A stretch of 64,000 nucleotides of DNA, taken from NCBI GenBank assembly GCA_023140255.1, contig JAGLLX010000003.1, positions 7,485-71,484 on the forward strand, in the 5' to 3' direction. Below are positions 57,245-64,000 of the stretch, piece by piece (position 1 is the stretch's first letter; every line of letters begins with the position of its first letter). Source of the stretch: Minisyncoccota bacterium (lineage in GTDB: Bacteria > Patescibacteriota > Minisyncoccia > Phycocordibacterales > UBA12079). Below the pieces are notes generated by a model that saw only the letters and a list, made by a program, of their open reading frames with translations, did not search any database and was not told the origin of the DNA. Position numbers and translations under genes: made by a program.

Positions 57245-59713
57245 ATGAAAAAATATGATCATAAAAAAATAGAGAAGAAATGGCAAGGACAGTGGAAGAA
57301 AAATCATGTGGTCAAGGTAGATAAAGACGATCAGTCAAAAGAAAAATTTTATATGTTGGATATGTTCCCTTATCCTTCAGGAGAAGGTTTGCATATGGGA
57401 CATACAGAATCTTATACTGCTTCGGATGTATTTTATCGTTTTAAAAAGATGCAAGGTTTTAACGTCTTACACCCGCAAGGTTTTGATTCTTTTGGTTTAC
57501 CAGCTGAGAATTATGCGATTAAAACAGGTGTTCACCCAGCAGAAACTACTCAACAAAATATAGAGAATTATATCGCTCAAATGAAATCTCTTGGTTTGAA
57601 TTATGATTTTGATGAAATGGTTAATTCTTCAGACCCTGAATATTATAAATGGACACAGTGGTTATTTGGTGAGTTTTTTAAAAATAATTTAGTTTACAAA
57701 AAAACAGCTAAAATAAATTGGTGTGAATCTTGTCAGACTGGAATTGCAAATGAACAAGTAGTAGGAGGGGAATGTGAAAGATGTAATACCGAGATTATGC
57801 AAAAAGAAATTCCTGGATGGTTTTTTAAAATTACAGATTTTGCTGATGCTTTGATTGAAGACTTAGATAAAGTTGATTGGCCAGAATATACAATTAAAAA
57901 TCAAAGAAATTGGATAGGAAAATCAGAAGGAGCTAAAATAAAGTTTGAAATAAAGAATTTTGATAAAAAGATTGAAGTATTTACAACAAGACCAGATACT
58001 TTGTTTGGGGCAACTTATATGGTTTTGTCTCCTGAACACAAACTCGTAGCAGAGCTACTCGAGAATAAAGATTTAAGATTTAGGAATTATGATGAGGTTG
58101 AAAAATATATAATAGAAACTCAAAAAAAATCAGAAATGGATAGAGTTGAAGGAAAGGAAAAAACAGGGGTTCTACTTTTGGGAATTTCTGCTATCAACCC
58201 AGCAAACAAAGAGGAGATTCCAATTTTTATTGCTGATTATGTCTTAAGTGGTTACGGAACAGGAGCAATTATGGCTGTTCCAGCTCATGATACGAGAGAC
58301 TATGAGTTTGCTGATACTCATAAACTAGAAATAAGAAAAGTTATTGTAAGGAGTGGAGATATAGAAATTTTATCAACAGCAAAAACGAAAAAAGGAGATG
58401 TTGAGATCTTTTGTGAAAAAGGGAAACTAATAAATTCAGGAAAATTTGATGGAATGGATTCTGAAGAAGCTCAAAAGAAAATCACAGAATTCGTGGGTGG
58501 AGAATTAACTACAAATTATCGTCTAAGAGATTGGTCAATTTCAAGACAAAGATATTGGGGTTGTCCAATACCAGTTGTTTATTCGCCTGAAGGTGAAGCT
58601 AGATTAATTCCAGAAGAACATTTACCATGGTTACTTCCAACAGATGTTGATTTCAAACCAACTGGAATTTCTCCATTAGCTGACTCAAAAGAATTAAAAG
58701 AAAGAACTGAGAAAATTTTTGGTAAAGGTTGGATCCCGGAATATGACACAATGGATACTTTTGTAGATTCGTCTTGGTATTTTTTGAGATATCCTGATGC
58801 TCATAATGATAATGAATTTTGTTCAGAGGCTCGTAAAAAATGGTTACCTGTTGATTTATATATTGGAGGAGCAGAACATACTTATATGCATCTTTTATTT
58901 TCTCGTTTTTTTGTAAAAGCTCTGAAGCAGATTGGATTATTAAATTTTGATGAACCTTTTATGAAATTGAGACATCAAGGTATGGTTCTAGATAGTGAAG
59001 GAAAAAAGATGTCTAAGTCTAAAGGAAATGTAGTTAATCCAACAGAAATGGTAGAAAGATTTGGGGCAGATTCAGTTAGAGCTTATATATTATTTGCAGC
59101 ACCCCTAGAAGATGAGGTAATATGGAATGAAAATAATATTGTAGGAATTTATCGCTTTTTAGAAAAAATCTTTAGATATACAAATGAATGGATAATTTTT
59201 AATAGAGATAATGAAAAAATAAATTTAAATAAGGAAATTGATTCTTTGCTTCATAAAACTATAAAAAAAGTTACAGAAGATATTGAAAATTTAAAATATA
59301 ATACAGCTATATCTAGTTTGATGATCTTTGTTAATAAGATAAGAGAACAACGAGGAAATACAAGTGAAAATCAATTAATGACCTTGTTCCAACTTGAATC
59401 ATTTTTAAAAATATTAGCTCCTTTTGCTCCTCATATTACCGAAGAACTTTGGGCAGGATTAGGACATACAGAATCAATTCATTTAGAAGAATGGCCAGAA
59501 TATAACGAGAAATTAGCCAAAGATGACAAGCATATAGTGGTTATTCAGATAAATGGAAAAGTGCGGTCAGAAATTGAAATTGAAGACGGAGAAGACGAAG
59601 AAAATATCAAAAAAAGAGCTTTAGAAGACGAAAAAGTTCAAAAATGGGTAGTTGAAAAAGAGATAAAAAAGACAATTTATATTACTAATAAATTATTAAA
59701 TATTGTGATTTAA
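57245..59713 (+). CDS. leuS: Leucine-tRNA ligase (probable start MKKYDH)
   Basis: MFPYPSG.GLHMGH; FTTRPDT; GTGAIMAVPAHD; KMSKS. Confidence 0.97.
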   Translation: MKKYDHKKIEKKWQGQWKKNHVVKVDKDDQSKEKFYMLDMFPYPSGEGLHMGHTESYTASDVFYRFKKMQGFNVLHPQGFDSFGLPAENYAIKTGVHPAETTQQNIENYIAQMKSLGLNYDFDEMVNSSDPEYYKWTQWLFGEFFKNNLVYKKTAKINWCESCQTGIANEQVVGGECERCNTEIMQKEIPGWFFKITDFADALIEDLDKVDWPEYTIKNQRNWIGKSEGAKIKFEIKNFDKKIEVFTTRPDTLFGATYMVLSPEHKLVAELLENKDLRFRNYDEVEKYIIETQKKSEMDRVEGKEKTGVLLLGISAINPANKEEIPIFIADYVLSGYGTGAIMAVPAHDTRDYEFADTHKLEIRKVIVRSGDIEILSTAKTKKGDVEIFCEKGKLINSGKFDGMDSEEAQKKITEFVGGELTTNYRLRDWSISRQRYWGCPIPVVYSPEGEARLIPEEHLPWLLPTDVDFKPTGISPLADSKELKERTEKIFGKGWIPEYDTMDTFVDSSWYFLRYPDAHNDNEFCSEARKKWLPVDLYIGGAEHTYMHLLFSRFFVKALKQIGLLNFDEPFMKLRHQGMVLDSEGKKMSKSKGNVVNPTEMVERFGADSVRAYILFAAPLEDEVIWNENNIVGIYRFLEKIFRYTNEWIIFNRDNEKINLNKEIDSLLHKTIKKVTEDIENLKYNTAISSLMIFVNKIREQRGNTSENQLMTLFQLESFLKILAPFAPHITEELWAGLGHTESIHLEEWPEYNEKLAKDDKHIVVIQINGKVRSEIEIEDGEDEENIKKRALEDEKVQKWVVEKEIKKTIYITNKLLNIVI

Positions 59714-59762
59714 CAAAAGCTTGACTTTTTGCTTAAATAATGATAAAAATAAGAGAAATAAA

Positions 59763-60791
59763 ATGACAACAACTTTTAATTCAAAAGAAATAGTTCAAAA
59801 TTTTCTTGAAGGACTTCCCAAAAGATCACAAGATATCTTAACTAAGAGATATGGTTTAGGTAATTCTGTGAAAAGACACACTTTAGAATCTATTGGACAA
59901 AAATATAAGATTACTCGTGAAAGAGTAAGACAAATTGAAAATCATTCAATTAAAAACATCATAAAATCTGATGATTTTTCTAAAGCAGAAAAATATTTTA
60001 ATGAATTAGTTAATATCATAGAAAGTATTGGGGGATTAGCTGAAGAAAAATCTTTGCTTGAATATTTATCAAAAGATGTTTCTGAACAAAATTATCTTCA
60101 TTTTTTATTTGTAATAGGGAATCCTTTTTATAAAGATAAAAGAGATAATGATTTTGATGCTAAATGGTATACAGATAAAAAAGTAGCTGAAAATGTAATC
60201 AAAGTTTTAAAGAGAGTTCATAGTCAATTTGAAGAAGACCAATTATTTACAGAAGTTCAGTTAATAGATTTAGTTCGCAAAGAAGCTAATAAATTAAAGA
60301 ATAGAAAAGAACTTAATGATGATCAGATTAAAAATTGGTTAACAGCATCAAGAGTAATTGGTAGAAATCCTTTTAATGAATGGGGTTTAGCTACTTCTCA
60401 AAATATTAAGATTAGAGGAATTAGAAGTTATGCTTATTTGGTTGTAAGACAAAATGGTTCCCCAATGCATTTTAAAGAAGTTGCTAAAATGATAAATAAA
60501 CATTTTAAAAAGAACGTTCACACTGCTACTTGTCATAACGAATTAATTAAAGATGAAAGATTTGTTTTGGTAGGAAGAGGGATGTATGCTTTAACTGAAT
60601 GGGGATATACTAAAGGGATAGTAAAAGATGTTATTTTAGATATTTTAAAGAAAGAAGGAAAATTAACTAAAGAATCTGTTATTGATAGAGTTTTGAAAGA
60701 AAGATATGTTAAAGAAAACACTGTTATTGTAAATCTACAAAATTCAGATTATTTTAAAAAACATAAGGACGGAACATATTCACTTATATAA
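59763..60791 (+). CDS. Sigma70 region-4-like + HARE-HTH (RNAP delta-like) protein
   Basis: TLESIG..ITRERVRQIE; PMHFKEV; HNELIKD.RFVLVGRG.YAL.EWG. Confidence 0.8.
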   Translation: MTTTFNSKEIVQNFLEGLPKRSQDILTKRYGLGNSVKRHTLESIGQKYKITRERVRQIENHSIKNIIKSDDFSKAEKYFNELVNIIESIGGLAEEKSLLEYLSKDVSEQNYLHFLFVIGNPFYKDKRDNDFDAKWYTDKKVAENVIKVLKRVHSQFEEDQLFTEVQLIDLVRKEANKLKNRKELNDDQIKNWLTASRVIGRNPFNEWGLATSQNIKIRGIRSYAYLVVRQNGSPMHFKEVAKMINKHFKKNVHTATCHNELIKDERFVLVGRGMYALTEWGYTKGIVKDVILDILKKEGKLTKESVIDRVLKERYVKENTVIVNLQNSDYFKKHKDGTYSLI

Positions 60792-60840
60792 ACATAAAAA
60801 TAAACGGCTCACCTAGGTGAGCCGTTTATTTTTATGTTTA
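60789..60840. terminator. Perfect 52-bp palindrome (GGCTCA type)
   Basis: TAAACATAAAAATAAACGGCTCACCT|AGGTGAGCCGTTTATTTTTATGTTTA. Confidence 0.75.
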
Positions 60841-60903
60841 AAAAAAGAAGTTATCTACATTTTTGCTTCTTTTAATACTTTTTTGTAGTAAAATAGAGGT
60901 TAT

Positions 60904-62160
60904 ATGATAGAAACTTTCGCGAGTATGTTTCCTCCAATTTATTATCCTCTAGTTTTAGATACAATAAATTATTTGTATTTGTTTGTTCCTATTTGGCTGC
61001 CTATAATATTAATAGCTGTATTATGGAATAATTGGTTAGTTTATATTAGAACTAAGTTTATTAATGAACAAGACTATAAGTTGCTAGAAATTAAATTACC
61101 AAATGAAATTAAGAAAACACCATTAGCGATGGAGTTGTTTTTGCATTCATTAATTCAAACAGGAGGAGAAGCAAATTGGTATCAAAAATTTATTGAAGGA
61201 AAATCTAGGCCAGTTTTTTCATTAGAAATGATTTCTTTAGAAGGGCAAGTTAAATTTTTTATTTGGACAAGAGGTTTTTTTAAAAATTTAGTAGAAGCTC
61301 AGATTTATGCACAATATCCAGATATTGAAATTACCGAAGTTGTTGATTATACTTCTTTTATTAATTTTGATCCGAAAGCTTTGGGTATGTGGGCAACTGA
61401 ATTTAAATTGAGTAAAGATGATTTTTATCCTATCAAAACTTATGTTGATTATGATATGGAGAGTAAAGGAGTGAAAGAAGAAGAGAAAATTGACCCAATT
61501 ACTCCGATAATTGAATTTTTAGGAGCAGTTGGCAGTGGTCAGCAAGTTTGGTTACAGATTCTTGTAAGAGCTCACAGGAAAGAAAGAAAAAAAGCTTTAT
61601 CTTGGAAAGAACGCTGGGAGAAAAAAGAATGGAGTTCACTTGAAGACTGGAGAGCTCAGTCTAAAGGAGAAATAAAAAAATTAATTGAAGAAGCTTCTAA
61701 ATCAGATGATAAAGAAAATAAAGCTATAAGAGCGATGACTAAAGGGGAATCCAATGTTATTGCAGCAATAGAAAGATCTGTTTCAAAATTAAGTTTTGAT
61801 TGTAATATCAGGGGTATTTATCTAGCCGAGAAAGATTCTTTTAATCCTATTAATATTGTTTCTATGATAGGAACTTTTAAACAATTTAATTCAAATGATT
61901 TAAATAGTTTTAAAATAACTCAAGTAACTGGTTTTGATTATCCTTGGCAAGATTATAAAGGGATTAGAACTGATAGAATTAAACGAAGATTATTTAATGA
62001 GTATAGACAAAGATCCTTTTCTCTTTTTTACAGACCTTTTGTTTTAAACGTTGAAGAATTAGCGACTGTATTCCATTTCCCTGGAGGTGTGGCACAAACT
62101 CCAACATTATCAAAATTGATGTCTAAGAAATCAGAGGCTCCATTTAATTTACCAACATAA
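60904..62160 (+). CDS. Conserved membrane protein of the kind found N-terminal to or partnered with CPR VirB4-like ATPases
   Basis: LLEIKLP..PLAME; FSLEM; IYAQYPD; PIKTY; EELATVFHFP. Confidence 0.65.
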   Translation: MIETFASMFPPIYYPLVLDTINYLYLFVPIWLPIILIAVLWNNWLVYIRTKFINEQDYKLLEIKLPNEIKKTPLAMELFLHSLIQTGGEANWYQKFIEGKSRPVFSLEMISLEGQVKFFIWTRGFFKNLVEAQIYAQYPDIEITEVVDYTSFINFDPKALGMWATEFKLSKDDFYPIKTYVDYDMESKGVKEEEKIDPITPIIEFLGAVGSGQQVWLQILVRAHRKERKKALSWKERWEKKEWSSLEDWRAQSKGEIKKLIEEASKSDDKENKAIRAMTKGESNVIAAIERSVSKLSFDCNIRGIYLAEKDSFNPINIVSMIGTFKQFNSNDLNSFKITQVTGFDYPWQDYKGIRTDRIKRRLFNEYRQRSFSLFYRPFVLNVEELATVFHFPGGVAQTPTLSKLMSKKSEAPFNLPT

Positions 62161-62161
62161 T

Positions 62162-63241
62162 ATGTTTAGTTTCAGAAATAATAATTATAATTATAGAAAT
62201 TTAATAATTAAAATAAAAATCTTTTTAAATAAAATTTACCAATCAAGTAAAGTATATTTTAATGATTTCCATGCATATGTGAATAGGTTTGTTCATTGCC
62301 CTAAAATGAACCTTCTTGCCTTTATAGGTATTATAATTTCAATTGGTCTTTTTTATCAGACTTTAATTGTTGCTCCTGCAGATTTTCCTAAGGGAACTAT
62401 TATTACTGTTGAAAAAGGAGAAATATTGTCTGAAATTGCTTTTAACTTAGAAGAAGAAAAAGTAATTAAATCAGCAGAAATGTTTGAATTTTTTACTAAT
62501 TTATTGATGAGTGGAGACAGGGTAATGGCTGGAGATTATTTCTTTGAAAAAGATTATTCAGTTATTAGAATTGTTTGGAGAACCATAAGAGGTGTTTATG
62601 GAATTGCTCCTACTAGAATAGTTATTGTAGAAGGCTCCACTATTTTTAATATAGCGGAAACTTTAAAAACTCATTTTGAAGATTTTGATAAAGATAAATT
62701 TGTGAAATTAGCTGAAGCAGAAGAAGGATATTTATTTCCTGATACATATTATTTCTTACCAAATGTAACTCCTAAAGCTGTAATTAAAACAATGAAAGAA
62801 AATTTTGAAAAAAGACTTGAAGAAATTTCTCTTGAAATAGAAGAGTCAGGAAACACTTTAGAAGAAATTGTGATTATGGCTTCTATTTTAGAAAAAGAAG
62901 CGAGAACACTTAAATCTAAGCAAAAAATTGCAGGAATCTTGTGGAAGAGAATAGACATAAATATGCCTTTACAAGTAGATGCTGTTTTTCCATATATCAT
63001 AGGGAAGAATACATATCAACTAACACTAGATGATTTAAAGACTGAATCTCCTTATAATACTTATACTAATAAAGGGCTTCCTATTGGACCGATAGCTAAT
63101 CCAAGTATTTATTCTTTATTGGCTGCAGCTACTCCAGTTGAGTCTAATTATCTATTTTACTTATCTGATAGATCTGGAAATATGTATTATGCCGAAAATT
63201 TTGAAATACATAAAGAAAATAAGAGGCTTTATATGAATTAG
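62162..63241 (+). CDS. mltG: Endolytic transglycosylase MltG
   Basis: EGYLFPDTY; ASILEKEA; MPLQVD; SPYNTY..GLP.GPI.NP. Confidence 0.92.
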   Translation: MFSFRNNNYNYRNLIIKIKIFLNKIYQSSKVYFNDFHAYVNRFVHCPKMNLLAFIGIIISIGLFYQTLIVAPADFPKGTIITVEKGEILSEIAFNLEEEKVIKSAEMFEFFTNLLMSGDRVMAGDYFFEKDYSVIRIVWRTIRGVYGIAPTRIVIVEGSTIFNIAETLKTHFEDFDKDKFVKLAEAEEGYLFPDTYYFLPNVTPKAVIKTMKENFEKRLEEISLEIEESGNTLEEIVIMASILEKEARTLKSKQKIAGILWKRIDINMPLQVDAVFPYIIGKNTYQLTLDDLKTESPYNTYTNKGLPIGPIANPSIYSLLAAATPVESNYLFYLSDRSGNMYYAENFEIHKENKRLYMN

Positions 63242-63332
63242 TTTAGGAAGTTAGAAATTAGGTATTTAGGAGAGTTAGTTTTAAATAAAAATAGGTGGTC
63301 GCAAAGCGACCACCTATTTTTTATTTAGATTT

Positions 63333-63782
63333 TTATTTAACTTTCAAACTAGATTTTCTTTCTTTGTCTACCTTGGGAAGATTTAAAGTTAATAGTCCAT
63401 TCTTTTCAATAGCAACTGAGTTATCAATATCTATTTCAGTTGGCAATCCTATAGTTCTAGAAAAAGAACCCCAATAAAGTTCTTGTTTATAATAAGAATC
63501 TTTGCTGATTTCTCTTTCTTCATGGCGAGAACCTCTTATTGTAATAGAATCTCTGCTTATTGAAATATCCAAGTCTTCAGGGTTTACTCCTGCTACCATA
63601 GTCTTAAGAATAAGAGTGTCTCCTTCATCAGAAATATCAATAGCTAATTCTCCTTCCTTTTCCTCTTCTTCAAGATTGGGCGAGAAATTTTCGCTAGTAG
63701 GTTCAAAATCTAAAATATCATCATTTTCTTCTTCAGTATTATTGTTTGATGAAGCTGTTAATTTATCAAAAAAAGATTTCAT
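63333..63782 (-). CDS. Hsp20/alpha-crystallin small heat-shock protein
   Basis: VAGV.PEDLDI; ELYWGSFSR; NGLLTLNLPK. Confidence 0.9.
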   Translation of the reverse strand: MKSFFDKLTASSNNNTEEENDDILDFEPTSENFSPNLEEEEKEGELAIDISDEGDTLILKTMVAGVNPEDLDISISRDSITIRGSRHEEREISKDSYYKQELYWGSFSRTIGLPTEIDIDNSVAIEKNGLLTLNLPKVDKERKSSLKVK

Positions 63783-63827
63783 AATATTAGTTAAGAGTTT
63801 ATTAATTAGTAATTTAAAGTTTTAGAT

Positions 63828-64000
63828 TTATGAGTTTCTTCTTCTCATTAACTTAATTTTTTCTAAAAAGAGAATCATTATTATAATTGCTACCCATATA
63901 GTTAAGAATATTATAAAAATTTTACTTTCACTACTAATTATAAAAAAATTAAAGAAAGTGTGCAATGTAACTGAGAGGATAAACCCTACCAAAAGAAAAA
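63828..64000 (-). CDS. Partial PrsW-like intramembrane metalloprotease (C-terminus only)
   Basis: ...ILSVTLHTFFN...FLEKIKLMRRRNS*; runs off the window edge. Confidence 0.55.
   Translation of the reverse strand, partial: FLLVGFILSVTLHTFFNFFIISSESKIFIIFLTIWVAIIIMILFLEKIKLMRRRNS

Noticed and set aside
671-63825. Numerous short antisense or alternative-frame ORFs in the track
   Set aside because: They shadow well-supported genes and lack independent signals
1-64000. CRISPR array or cas genes
   Set aside because: No regularly spaced direct repeats with unique spacers; the repeats seen are dispersed palindromes
1-64000. UGA recoding (genetic code 25)
   Set aside because: Genes are full length under code 11, and several end in TGA (e.g. 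11288, 12631, 21271)

Overview
AT-rich bacterial chromosome segment using the standard code (TGA serves as stop). Gene content points to a Patescibacteria/CPR (Parcubacteria-like) genome; this is inferred from the N-terminally truncated PheS, PheT without the B2 domain, DUF2914, a sigma70-r4/HARE-HTH protein and a VirB4/TraM-like ATPase. The window holds housekeeping genes (gatA, rsmI, relA/spoT, pheS, pheT, gyrB, miaA, khpA, trmD, ddl, trxA/B, ychF, leuS, mltG), four tRNAs, an ~18 kb surface-glycan locus with Wzm/Wzt, and a sortase with a candidate substrate. Top observations: (1) an NlpC/P60 domain with an intact Cys-His-His set is inserted in-frame inside PheT, and a C39-like peptidase gene follows; (2) two orphan RNase-toxin-like genes (PemK/MazF and NYN) each carry a convergent promoter plus terminator that would make a ~60-nt RNA, a candidate RNA-antitoxin system; (3) a MITE with CCCGTTAGA inverted repeats and 6-bp target duplications sits at start codons; (4) a RAYT transposase has 23-nt REP-like palindromes embedded in coding sequence, with degenerate relatives in pheT and miaA; (5) tRNA-associated oddities: a fold-back copy of the tRNA-Ala 3' end and a LAGLIDADG gene whose stop codon lies inside tRNA-Asp. 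All calls come from manual motif reading; no searches were run.
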